A DNA stretch of 64,000 nucleotides, from contig JAFUOX010000061.1 in NCBI GenBank assembly GCA_017481725.1, positions 19,467 to 83,466 of the forward strand, in the 5' to 3' direction. Positions within the stretch are counted from its first letter, which is position 1. Each line of letters starts with the position of its first letter. A model generated the notes under the pieces. That model was not told where the DNA came from, made no database searches, and saw only the letters and a program-made list of their open reading frames with translations. This DNA is from Kiritimatiellia bacterium. GTDB taxonomy: Bacteria; Verrucomicrobiota; Kiritimatiellia; RFP12; UBA3636. The translations under genes and the position numbers were made by a program. Shown piece by piece: positions 48,397 through 58,176 of this stretch.

Positions 48397-51300
48397 ATGG
48401 CAATATATACACTTCAGGGTGGAAATGCTTTCCCAGCATTCCGTAAAAAGCTTCTTGAATCAGCTATCTCTTCAGCAATCGATAAGACTATCGAAATTGA
48501 GGCTTCATTTGTTTATTTTCTAAAGCTTAATGCTCAATTAACAGAGGAGCAGGTTGCACGTGCACTTCAGCTTCTCGGTGCTGAGGCAAAGCCAACAACT
48601 CCTGGTGCTCTTTATATTTCTCCTCGTAAGGGTACAATCTCTCCTTGGTCATCAAAGGCAACAGATATTTTCCACAACTGCGGTTTGGGTGATGTTGTGC
48701 TTCGCGTTGAACGTGCAGTAAGCCTAATTGCTAAAGACGCTGCCACAGGTGCAGTGCTTGCTCCAGAGGCTCTTGCTCCTGCATATCCTGTGATGTATGA
48801 CCGCATGATTGAAGGCGTATACACAGAGATGGAAGATTTGTTTGATATGCAGGACCCTGCACCTGGCAAGGTGTTTGATGTTCTTGCAAAGGGTCGTGCT
48901 GCTCTTGAAGAAGCAAATACAGGCATGGGATTGGCTCTTTCTTCTGAGGAGATTGATTATCTAGTTAAGGCCTACACAACAGCTGGTAGAAATCCAACAG
49001 ATACAGAGCTTGTTATGTTCGGTCAGGTAAATTCAGAGCATTGCCGTCATAAGATTTTCAATGCAGAGTGGATAATTGATGGAGAAAAGAAGGATACCTC
49101 TCTCTTTGGAATGATTCGCAATACACATAAGCAGCACCCAGAGGGTACGCTAGTTGCTTATGCAGATAACTCAGGTGTTGTTGAAGGCTTTGCTAATACA
49201 GCCTTTGAGTGTGACCCTGCCACACATGCTTACAAGTTCTGTGAGGATCAGGTTGATATTTTGATGAAGGTTGAAACACACAATCACCCAACAGCTATCT
49301 CTCCATTCCCTGGTGCAGCAACAGGTGTTGGTGGTGAAATTCGTGACGAGGCAGCCACAGGTATTGGCTCAAAGACAAAGGCTGGTATTGCTGGCTTTAT
49401 GGTTTCTAACCTACGCATCCCTGCATATCCATTGCCTTGGGAGAAGGAAGAGTCTGCTCCTGCACGCCTAGCTTCTCCATTGGCGATTATGACAGAGGGT
49501 CCTATTGGTGGTGCTGCTTTTGGTAACGAGTTTGGCCGTCCTCAGCTATGTGGCTTCTTCCGTGCATACGAAGAAAATTGCAATGGTAAGTTCTATGGCT
49601 ACGATAAGCCAATTATGCTTGCTGGTGGTATGGGTAATATTCGTCGCCGCATGGTTCACAAGCAAGATATCCCTACAGGCTCATTGATTGTTCAGCTTGG
49701 TGGTCCAGCAATGCGCATTGGCTTAGGTGGTGGTGCTGCTTCTTCCTTGGCTTCTGGTAATAATGCAGAGAATCTAGACTTTGACTCTGTACAGCGTGGT
49801 AATGCAGAAATGCAGCGTCGCTGCCAGGAGGTAATTGATACCTGTGTTGCTTTAAAGGAAGAGAATCCAATTCTTTCAATTCATGATATTGGTGCTGGTG
49901 GTCTTTCAAATGGCTGTCCTGAGCTTGTTGAGAAGACAGGCGGTGTATTTAGCCTACGCAGCATTCACAATGAAGAGCCTTCTATGTCTCCAATGGAAAT
50001 TTGGTGCTGTGAGGCTCAGGAGCGTTACGTTCTTGCAATCAATGCAAAGGATAAGGCACGCTTTGAAGCAATTTGTGAGCGTGAGCGCTGCCCAGTTGCA
50101 TTTATTGGTGAAGCAACCTCAGATGGCAAGCTAGTGCTAAAGGATGAGCACTTTGACAATAAGCCAATCGATATGGATATGTCCGTTTTGCTTGGTAAGC
50201 CACCTCGCATGACTCGCGATGTAAAGCATGTTGCTACAGAGCTACCTCCAGTAAAATTTGAGCAGCTTCCAACAATGGAGGAAGCATTTAAGCGTGTAAT
50301 TCAACACCCAACAGTTGCTGATAAGACATTCCTTATCACAATTACTGACCGTACTATCACAGGTATGGTTCATCGTGATCAGATGTGCGGCCCTTATCAG
50401 CTACCAGTTGCAGATAATGCAATCACAACAACTGGCTATTTGGATTACACAGGTGCAGCAATGGCTTGCGGTGAGCGTACACCAGTTGCAGTTGCAAATG
50501 CTCCTGCATCAGGCCGCTTGGCAGTTGCTGAGGCTGTCTTGAACCTTTCTACAGCAGGTATTTCAAAGATTGGCGATATCAAGCTTTCCGCAAACTGGAT
50601 GTGTGCCTGCGGTGAAGAGGGTGAGGATGCAAAGCTATTTGACACAGTTAAGGCAGTTGGTATTGATTATTGCCCAGCTTTGGGTGTTTCTATTCCAGTT
50701 GGTAAGGACTCTCTATCAATGCGCACTCTATGGAAGGATGCAAAGACAGGCGAGGATCATCGCCAGCTTTCACCATTGTCTTTGATTGTTAGTGCATTCT
50801 CTCCAGTTTCAGATGTTCGTAAATCTGTTTCTCCAGAGCTAAAGCGTAAGGAGTCAGTTCTAGCAATGGTTGACTTCTCTGTTGAGGGTAATCCAATCGC
50901 AGGAAGCATCTTGGCTCAGACATGGAACCTTTCTGGTGGCGATGTTGCTGATACAGCTTGCCCAGAGAAGCTAAAGGTATTTGTTGAGAAGCTAAATAGC
51001 TTGCTAGAAGAGAAGCGCGTGCTTGCTGCACATGACCGTTCAGACGGTGGTCTAGCAGTGGCAGTTGCTGAAATGGCAATGGCTGGTGGTGTTGGTTGCA
51101 CAATTAAGCTTGATGCAGCAGCTCCAGAGGCAGCACTTGCTGAGCTATTCACAGAAGGCCCTGCAATGGTAATGCAGCTTGAGGCTGATAAGGCAGCAGC
51201 AGTTATTGATGAGTTAGTTGCTCTTGGTCTAAATGCAAAGGTAATTGGTGAAGTTGAGCTAGCTTCTAAGGAGTTAAAGGTTACAGCAGCTGGAGCTTTG

Positions 51301-52269
51301 GCAATGCAGCTTCCATTGGCAACAATCCGTGGCTTGTGGTCAGAAAATTCTGTAAATATGCGTATACACCGCGATAATCCAGCATGTGGTGAGCAGGAGC
51401 GCAAGAATGCTTATGCAGAGAATGACCCAGGTATGTCCTTTAAGCTAACCTATGACCCAACTGAGATTCCTACAATCACAGGCAATGCTCGCCCTAATAT
51501 GGCAATTCTTCGTGAGCAGGGTATCAATGGTCAGGTTGAAATGGGTGCAGCATTTACACTTGCTGGCTTCAATGCAATAGATGTTCACATGACAGACCTT
51601 CTAACCGGTAAGGTTGATTTGAAGGACTTTAGCGGTCTTGTTGCTTGCGGTGGCTTTAGCTATGGTGACGTTCTAGGCGCAGGCTCAGGCTGGGCAAAAT
51701 CAATTCTATTTAACGATAAGCTTCGTGAGATGTTTGCTACATTCTTTGCTCGCCCAGACTCCTTTACTCTTGGTGTTTGCAATGGCTGTCAGATGGTTTC
51801 TCAGCTAAAGGATATTATTCCTGGTGCCGAGGCATGGCCACGCTTTACTCACAATGTTTCAGAGCAGTTTGAAGCTCGCATGGCTGTTGTTGAGGTTCTA
51901 GATTCTCCATCAATTCTCTTCAAGGGAATGGCTGGCTCTATGATTCCTATCGCTGTAGCACATGGTGAGGGCTATGCAAACTTTGCTTCTGAGGCTGATG
52001 TTGCAGCAATGCGTGATACATCTAGAATTGCCCTACGCTATGTTGATAGCTTTGGTAAGCCAACAGAGGTTTACCCATACAATCCAAATGGATCTATCTG
52101 CGGCTACACAGGCTTCACTACAACAGATGGTCGTGCAACAATCATGATGCCACACCCAGAGCGTGCATTCCGTTCAGTACAGCTATCTTGGAAGCCAGAG
52201 GATATGTTCACAGCTGAGGAAGGCCCTTGGATGCGTATGTTCCGCAATGCTCGTGCATTCGTAAAATAA
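48397..52269 (+). CDS. purL: phosphoribosylformylglycinamidine synthase (single-chain large PurL)
   Basis: about 1291 aa; FGAM synthase N-terminal, AIRS-like duplicated domains and C-terminal glutaminase (GVCNGCQ, HGEG). Start at MAIYTLQGG (48397) preferred over the ORF-track start. Confidence 0.9.
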   Translation: MAIYTLQGGNAFPAFRKKLLESAISSAIDKTIEIEASFVYFLKLNAQLTEEQVARALQLLGAEAKPTTPGALYISPRKGTISPWSSKATDIFHNCGLGDVVLRVERAVSLIAKDAATGAVLAPEALAPAYPVMYDRMIEGVYTEMEDLFDMQDPAPGKVFDVLAKGRAALEEANTGMGLALSSEEIDYLVKAYTTAGRNPTDTELVMFGQVNSEHCRHKIFNAEWIIDGEKKDTSLFGMIRNTHKQHPEGTLVAYADNSGVVEGFANTAFECDPATHAYKFCEDQVDILMKVETHNHPTAISPFPGAATGVGGEIRDEAATGIGSKTKAGIAGFMVSNLRIPAYPLPWEKEESAPARLASPLAIMTEGPIGGAAFGNEFGRPQLCGFFRAYEENCNGKFYGYDKPIMLAGGMGNIRRRMVHKQDIPTGSLIVQLGGPAMRIGLGGGAASSLASGNNAENLDFDSVQRGNAEMQRRCQEVIDTCVALKEENPILSIHDIGAGGLSNGCPELVEKTGGVFSLRSIHNEEPSMSPMEIWCCEAQERYVLAINAKDKARFEAICERERCPVAFIGEATSDGKLVLKDEHFDNKPIDMDMSVLLGKPPRMTRDVKHVATELPPVKFEQLPTMEEAFKRVIQHPTVADKTFLITITDRTITGMVHRDQMCGPYQLPVADNAITTTGYLDYTGAAMACGERTPVAVANAPASGRLAVAEAVLNLSTAGISKIGDIKLSANWMCACGEEGEDAKLFDTVKAVGIDYCPALGVSIPVGKDSLSMRTLWKDAKTGEDHRQLSPLSLIVSAFSPVSDVRKSVSPELKRKESVLAMVDFSVEGNPIAGSILAQTWNLSGGDVADTACPEKLKVFVEKLNSLLEEKRVLAAHDRSDGGLAVAVAEMAMAGGVGCTIKLDAAAPEAALAELFTEGPAMVMQLEADKAAAVIDELVALGLNAKVIGEVELASKELKVTAAGALAMQLPLATIRGLWSENSVNMRIHRDNPACGEQERKNAYAENDPGMSFKLTYDPTEIPTITGNARPNMAILREQGINGQVEMGAAFTLAGFNAIDVHMTDLLTGKVDLKDFSGLVACGGFSYGDVLGAGSGWAKSILFNDKLREMFATFFARPDSFTLGVCNGCQMVSQLKDIIPGAEAWPRFTHNVSEQFEARMAVVEVLDSPSILFKGMAGSMIPIAVAHGEGYANFASEADVAAMRDTSRIALRYVDSFGKPTEVYPYNPNGSICGYTGFTTTDGRATIMMPHPERAFRSVQLSWKPEDMFTAEEGPWMRMFRNARAFVK

Positions 52270-52290
52270 GCTGTATCAGGAGTGTAAACA

Positions 52291-52824
52291 ATGATATTCG
52301 CAGAAATCCCATTCCCGCAAACGCTAGCTGAATTTTGGGCACAATTTATTGGAGATGGAGCATCAGCTCATCCAATTATCCAATTTATCAAGTATGCTTT
52401 TGCAGGAGGGATTGCGACAGTTGTTCATATTCTAACCTTCTACACCTGCTGCTGGAAGCTCTTCCCATCGCTAACACAAAATGACATTGTCGTGCGTGTG
52501 CTCAAAGCAAAGGTAATAGAGCTTCCTGCAGAAGCACGAGCAAGAAATGCAGTTTATTCAAACATTGTCGCATTCTTTGCTTCAAACATAGTTTGCTATA
52601 TCATAAATCGCATATTTGTATTTAAACCAGGTGAGCATAACGTGGTAGTTGAATTTTTATTGTTTCTAGCAGTTTCAGCTATTGCGATTTTCCTAGGTAC
52701 AGCAATTATGCGTTGGCTTATTAAGCACTTTAATATGCAAACAACCTTTGCATTTGTTGCAAATTTAGTTACCTCGCTTATGCTTAATTATGTGCTTCGC
52801 AAATTCTTTATTTTTGCAGGCTAA
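52291..52824 (+). CDS. GtrA-family membrane protein
   Basis: 177 aa; 4 TM; FIKYAFAGGIATVVHILTFY GtrA-like N-terminus. Confidence 0.6.
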   Translation: MIFAEIPFPQTLAEFWAQFIGDGASAHPIIQFIKYAFAGGIATVVHILTFYTCCWKLFPSLTQNDIVVRVLKAKVIELPAEARARNAVYSNIVAFFASNIVCYIINRIFVFKPGEHNVVVEFLLFLAVSAIAIFLGTAIMRWLIKHFNMQTTFAFVANLVTSLMLNYVLRKFFIFAG

Positions 52825-52853
52825 TTCTAACCTAGACTATACCTCGTATTTCT

Positions 52854-53669
52854 ATGAGAGAGTGCATTAATAAAGAAAATCAAAAGCAATATTGGGATAG
52901 CATTTCCGATATGTATGCAGGGATAACAAGAATCTCCCTTGATGATTTTCACTACGGCCCACAAATCCCAGGTGAAAGCACATTGAAGCTATTGCCAAAA
53001 TTTACATCAGGGATGACATCGCTTGAGCTTGGCTCAGGGGCTGCGCAAAATAGTATCTTCCTTAATAAGAAATTTGGAATGAATTGTATTGCGATGGATA
53101 TTTCCGAAGAGCGTATAAAAAATGCCCATGAGCTCTGCCGCGAGCAGGGGGCTGAGGTTGAGCTTTGTGTTGCTGGCTTTGAAAATTTCTTGGAAGCTCT
53201 AAAGCAAGCCGGTCATGAGGGAGAGCAATTTGATTTTGTACATTCCTCTCATGCAATTGAATTTGTGCAGGACCCTGCCACAATTGTTAAGCAAATGACT
53301 TCTGTCCTAAAGCCAGGTGGCACTCTAATGCTTTCCACTGTTCACCCATTATTTAATGGAGAATGGCTGACGAATGTAGTGGAGGATGAAGAGGGTAATG
53401 AGCTAGAGGAGTCGGGCCAATTTATTACAAACTATTTTGAGCCCCCTGATGACGTACGCGATGAAAATGGACTGCATGTTGTCTCCCGTGCACATTCAAT
53501 CTCAAACTGGTTTGATTGGCTAACAGCAGCAGGTCTTACCATTACAGCACTTAAGGAGCCAGCAGCAATAATTGATGCACCATATTCCAGTGCAGATTGG
53601 GCAGATCATGATGGGCAGCTTGATGCTATCCCATCAACACTAATTCTTGTCGCCAAAAAATCATTCTAA
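52854..53669 (+). CDS. class I SAM-dependent methyltransferase
   Basis: 271 aa; LELGSGAAQNS (motif I), MDISEERI, LKPGGTLML. Confidence 0.7.
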   Translation: MRECINKENQKQYWDSISDMYAGITRISLDDFHYGPQIPGESTLKLLPKFTSGMTSLELGSGAAQNSIFLNKKFGMNCIAMDISEERIKNAHELCREQGAEVELCVAGFENFLEALKQAGHEGEQFDFVHSSHAIEFVQDPATIVKQMTSVLKPGGTLMLSTVHPLFNGEWLTNVVEDEEGNELEESGQFITNYFEPPDDVRDENGLHVVSRAHSISNWFDWLTAAGLTITALKEPAAIIDAPYSSADWADHDGQLDAIPSTLILVAKKSF

Positions 53670-53728
53670 TTTAGTCGTTGGAATATAGAACTTATATCAC
53701 AAGCAACCCATAAGTTGGCATTTAAAAT

Positions 53729-53830
53729 AATTTCCCCTAATCGCCAAAATCAAGATTAGGGGAAATTTTTTTAAGCCATAAAAAATTTCCCCTAAATTTA
53801 AAAAACGGCTTTAGGGGAAATTTTATTGTT
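53729..53830. repeat. two tandem hairpins with identical 12-13-bp stems (AATTTCCCCTAA/TTAGGGGAAATT)
   Basis: hairpin 1 at 53729-53767 followed by a T-run; hairpin 2 at 53784-53822; located between the MTase and ATPase genes. Confidence 0.6.
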
Positions 53831-53883
53831 GTATTACCATGCGTAATTTTGTTATATTAAATGCTATAAAAAGGAGTATGGTC

Positions 53884-55314
53884 ATGTTTATTGGTAGAGA
53901 AAATGCTTTGGATCAGTTAAATGCGCTGTTGCAAAAACAAACCGCATCTCTTGTTACTTGTAGAGGACGTCGACGAATCGGTAAGAGTACTCTTATTGAA
54001 GTTTTTGCAGAACGCTCTAAAAGCAGATTTATTAAATTAGAGGGGCGTCGTCCAGAAAAAGGACTAACTAACAATGACGAACTTGCTACTTTTGCTAAAC
54101 AACTTGCTAACCAAACATCGATAGAATCAACACCTCCATCCAACTGGTTGGATGCGTTTAGAAGAATTGATTCACAAATAAATGATTCTGAGCGTACTGT
54201 TGTCTTGCTCGATGAGGTATCGTGGATGGCATATTATGACAAAAGTTTTGCCTCTGACCTTAAAATGGCTTGGGATAATTTATTCAAAAAACATAAAAAA
54301 TTAATTTTTGTTGTTTGTGGTAGTGTCTCAACATGGATACGAGAAAATATTGTAGATAATGGTGCTTTCTTGGGAAGACGCTCATTGGATATCGTTCTTA
54401 AAGAATTACCAATTTCAGATTGTGTTAAGTTTTGGGGTAAAGCAGCTTCGCGTATAGATGAAAGAGAAATTATAGATGTTCTTTCTGTCACAGGCGGTGT
54501 TCCTAGATATCTAGAGGAGATAAATCCTTCGCTTTCAGCTTTTGAAAATATTAGACGTCTTTGTTTTATGCCTAATAGTATTCTAAGAACTGATTTTGAC
54601 GAAATGTTTAATGATGTAATAAGTAAAGAACAAGACTTTTCTGCCCAAGTCCTTAGATGTTTAGCGGATGGTTCTAAAACGGGTACGGAAATTTCTAAAA
54701 TGCTTCGAGTAGATAAGGGAGGTAGAGTTTTTGCTGCGTTAAGACGATTAGAAGAAGCCGGGCTTGTTTCTAGTGATGTATCTATCAATCCTGAGACAGG
54801 AAAACCATCAAGAGAAATTCGCTTTCGTTTAAGAGATAATTATTCTAGGTTTTATATAAAATATATAGAACCAATGAAAAGAATTATTGATGATGGTGCA
54901 TTTGATTGTGTTTCTTTAGAAGCATTAGAAGGAATAGAAACCGTACTAGGTTTAGCATTTGAAAATTTAGTAGTTAATAATTATAGAGAGCTAATCCCAC
55001 TAATCAATTTAAAAGGGACTTTGGTTACATCTGCTGCACCATATAGACGTGTTGGTGGAAACAAAAAAGGATGTCAAATAGATTTGCTTATACAAACAAG
55101 AAGAACCATTTGTGTTGTCGAGATAAAGCGTCGTCAAGAAATTGGCAGAGAAATAATAAATGAGGTAGACAATAAAATAAGAGCGATAGAACGCCCTTCT
55201 GGAGTTTCGGCAAGGGCTGCACTTGTTTATTTAGGACATCTTTCTCCAGTTGTTGAGGCCGATGGATATTTTGATTCTATTATTCATTTTAGAAAAGTAC
55301 TTGGATTATCCTGA
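53884..55314 (+). CDS. ATP-binding protein, ATPase_2 (archaeal-type ATPase)/DUF234 family with C-terminal PD-(D/E)xK-like motif
   Basis: FIGRENALDQL...CRGRRRIGKSTLI (Walker A), LLDEVSW (Walker B). IDLLIQ...VVEIKRRQE resembles a nuclease-fold D...ExK. Start chosen 7 nt after AAGGAG (53884); the ORF-track start is 53839. Confidence 0.7.
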   Translation: MFIGRENALDQLNALLQKQTASLVTCRGRRRIGKSTLIEVFAERSKSRFIKLEGRRPEKGLTNNDELATFAKQLANQTSIESTPPSNWLDAFRRIDSQINDSERTVVLLDEVSWMAYYDKSFASDLKMAWDNLFKKHKKLIFVVCGSVSTWIRENIVDNGAFLGRRSLDIVLKELPISDCVKFWGKAASRIDEREIIDVLSVTGGVPRYLEEINPSLSAFENIRRLCFMPNSILRTDFDEMFNDVISKEQDFSAQVLRCLADGSKTGTEISKMLRVDKGGRVFAALRRLEEAGLVSSDVSINPETGKPSREIRFRLRDNYSRFYIKYIEPMKRIIDDGAFDCVSLEALEGIETVLGLAFENLVVNNYRELIPLINLKGTLVTSAAPYRRVGGNKKGCQIDLLIQTRRTICVVEIKRRQEIGREIINEVDNKIRAIERPSGVSARAALVYLGHLSPVVEADGYFDSIIHFRKVLGLS

Positions 55315-55380
55315 TTTTTTATTGATTTTATTATAGATATTGGGAGTATAGATTATCATATTGCTTTAAAGGAGTAGCCT

Positions 55381-56379
55381 ATGTCATTTTCTTTTAATCC
55401 TATTTTCACAAATTCTGCAGTATTTCCGCATTCAAAGCCAATTCGCATATATGGCGAAAGCATCGCTCCAGTCACTGTGTCATTTAATGGGGTAAAGCTA
55501 GAGGCTCAACCAGTTGATGGTAAGTGGTTAGTCACCCTGCCACCGATGGAATGTGGTGGACCCTATGAGCTTGTGGCAGAGTCAGCAGGGGAGTGCATTT
55601 GCCTAAAAGATATTTATGTTGGTGAGGTAATTTTAATTACTGGCCAATCAAATGCAGAAATGAAGCTTGAAAATACAAATGAGCCAAAGGAAAACTATGC
55701 TTCAGAAAATTTGCTCCGCCTTTTCACTATAGATTTTGAGCTCCATACTTGTGAGCATTTTAAAACAAAGGATGGCTGGCAAATCTGCGAAAAAGAAACT
55801 GCTAAATATTGGACAGCAATAGGGTATTTTATTGGACAAAAGCTTTGTAAGGAACGTGGTGTTGCTGTTGGCATAATCGCATGCTATCAAGGAGCATCTA
55901 CAATTCAAAGCTGGATCGCATACGACCGTGCCACAAAGCCAGAGCTTTTTGTGCCAATGGGAGCACGACATCTTGATTCAATGCACGAAACCTATGGGGC
56001 GTGGAATGCAGATGGATATCTATATGAAAAGATGATGACAAGACTTATCCCATATTCTCTATCAAGAGTAGTTTTTTATCAGGGAGAGTCTAATACATCA
56101 ATGTCAGATGCACAAGTATATGATAAGCTACTGCTAGAATATTTTGATCAGCTTCGCACAGACTTTCAGGATGCAGAGCTTCCAATAACAATTGTACAGA
56201 TTGCTAACTACATCTGGCGCAAGGATGAAGAATGGAAGGCAATCCAACGCGTGCAGGCCCAAATCCCAGAGTTTGCAAAAGGTGTGAATACAGTCCCTTG
56301 TGCAGATATTTGTGAAGAAGATGATATTCACCCTCCGTCAAAGCGTGCACTTTCTGAACGCATTGTAGATAGCTTTTAA
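55381..56379 (+). CDS. carbohydrate esterase, SASA/DUF303 family (sialate O-acetylesterase-like)
   Basis: 332 aa; ILITGQSNAEM and VFYQGESNTS motif pair. Confidence 0.6.
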   Translation: MSFSFNPIFTNSAVFPHSKPIRIYGESIAPVTVSFNGVKLEAQPVDGKWLVTLPPMECGGPYELVAESAGECICLKDIYVGEVILITGQSNAEMKLENTNEPKENYASENLLRLFTIDFELHTCEHFKTKDGWQICEKETAKYWTAIGYFIGQKLCKERGVAVGIIACYQGASTIQSWIAYDRATKPELFVPMGARHLDSMHETYGAWNADGYLYEKMMTRLIPYSLSRVVFYQGESNTSMSDAQVYDKLLLEYFDQLRTDFQDAELPITIVQIANYIWRKDEEWKAIQRVQAQIPEFAKGVNTVPCADICEEDDIHPPSKRALSERIVDSF

Positions 56380-56396
56380 TCAATGATAAAAATAAA

Positions 56397-56954
56397 TTGG
56401 AGATTTTACCTATGACCATTTTTGAGAAAGTACCTAGGTTTTGTAGGCTGACAATTTCAAGCACAAGCAGTGTGACAGCAAAAACCTATTCAATAGTATC
56501 CTTCAATGTTTTTGCTTTTGTATTTGGACAGCTATTAGCATTTGCGGGAGTGTTTTTAATTTTTATTGCAGCATTTATTGGTAAGCCGATTTCTGATGTT
56601 ATATTTTATGTGATTGCACTCATGCTGATTTCAACATTGTTTGGGCTTTATTTTATGTATTGCTTGTTCTTTAGCCCATTTATATCTTTTGATATGTTGA
56701 GAGGGACATTTTCTGTAAAGGGTAAGGGCTTTTTATCAAAGAAGCTTGTAGAAGGAAAGCTTTCAGAGATCACTGCAGTTCAAGTTGTGCCTGTATATAT
56801 TGATAGCGTTGATTTAGCAACACCTTGGTATTCTATAACGCTTTCGGTATTGCATCAAGAGGATATTACAATTTGTAGCTTTAAAAATAAACATTCTGCA
56901 GAGAAGCTTGCAAGAAAGCTTGCAAGGAAGCTTGGCATACAATTATCTTGTTAA
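56397..56954 (+). CDS. hypothetical membrane protein
   Basis: 185 aa; two hydrophobic helices; no recognisable family. Confidence 0.35.
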   Translation: MEILPMTIFEKVPRFCRLTISSTSSVTAKTYSIVSFNVFAFVFGQLLAFAGVFLIFIAAFIGKPISDVIFYVIALMLISTLFGLYFMYCLFFSPFISFDMLRGTFSVKGKGFLSKKLVEGKLSEITAVQVVPVYIDSVDLATPWYSITLSVLHQEDITICSFKNKHSAEKLARKLARKLGIQLSC

Positions 56955-56958
56955 AAAT

Positions 56959-57849
56959 ATGAGTATTAGAGAAACAAAGATTTGTCATGTTACATTTATA
57001 GGTGCAATAGTGAATATTGTACTGTCATTGGCTAAACTATGTGCTGGAATATTTGGTAATAGTACAGCAATGATAGCAGACGCAATTCATTCTATCTCCG
57101 ATCTAGCTACAGATGTTGCAGTTGTGGTTTTTGTAAGAGTGGCATCAAAGCCATCTGATGAGGATCATGATTTTGGACATGGAAAATACGAAACACTATC
57201 ATCTATTTTGGTGGGACTTGCATTGTGTGGAGTTGGATTTGGTATTTTGAAGCATGGAGTAGTTGAAGCATCCAATATTATAAATGGAAGAGAGATTGCT
57301 GGTCCAAGTATTATTGCGTTTGTTGCTGCAATCGTTTCTATAGTTGCAAAGGAGTGGCTTTATAGATTTACCATTAAGCAAGGAAAAAAGCTTTCTAGCC
57401 CTGCAGTGATAGCAAATGCTTGGCATCATCGGTCAGACGCATTTTCTTCTATAGGTACAGCAATTGGTATCGGGGGAGCTATCGCATTGGGAGATAAGTG
57501 GAGTATCTTGGACCCAATAGCAGCGATAATAGTTAGTGTTGTTGTAATTAAAGCAGGAATTGAATTTGTGTTACCAGGAGTTAATGAGCTTATGGAGCAT
57601 TCTCTTCCTAAGGAAATAGAAGATGAAATGCTTGCTATTATCAAAAGCAGCAGCCCAATAATTTGTGACCCACATAATTTACGTACACGAAGCATTGGTG
57701 CAAATTATGCGGTTGAGGTGCATATACGACTACCTGAGGATATGCCAGTGGTAGAGGCTCATGAATTAACAAAGAAAATAGAGCTAATGCTAAAGGAACG
57801 CTTCGGTAAGCGAACTCACATAATTGTTCATGTTGAGCCAATAAAGTAG
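56959..57849 (+). CDS. cation diffusion facilitator (CDF) family transporter
   Basis: HSISDLATD, DHDFGHGKYE, AWHHRSDAFSS CDF motifs; start moved to the internal Met to avoid the overlap. Confidence 0.8.
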   Translation: MSIRETKICHVTFIGAIVNIVLSLAKLCAGIFGNSTAMIADAIHSISDLATDVAVVVFVRVASKPSDEDHDFGHGKYETLSSILVGLALCGVGFGILKHGVVEASNIINGREIAGPSIIAFVAAIVSIVAKEWLYRFTIKQGKKLSSPAVIANAWHHRSDAFSSIGTAIGIGGAIALGDKWSILDPIAAIIVSVVVIKAGIEFVLPGVNELMEHSLPKEIEDEMLAIIKSSSPIICDPHNLRTRSIGANYAVEVHIRLPEDMPVVEAHELTKKIELMLKERFGKRTHIIVHVEPIK

Positions 57850-58176
57850 TAAATAAACACGCAAATTGCGTTGCCTATTTAATTATCTAATTTAATGGAA
57901 TTACGAAAATACCGAGCAGCGATAGCGTAAATTTTATCGCTTGTGCTTAGCCTTCTGTGAAATGAAACACTTTTCCTAAGGATTTACGGGTGCAGATATA
58001 ATTGTCTTGATTTGTTTTAGATATTTTGAGATATTATTTAAGTAAATGGTTTCGTTATTGTGTTGATTTGTAAATAGTTAGATTTTTTATGCAATATAAA
58101 TGAAGCCGTTTTTATTCACCTAATGGGTGAAGTTAACAATTGAATTTATGATTAAGGAAATAACTAAGGGATAATT

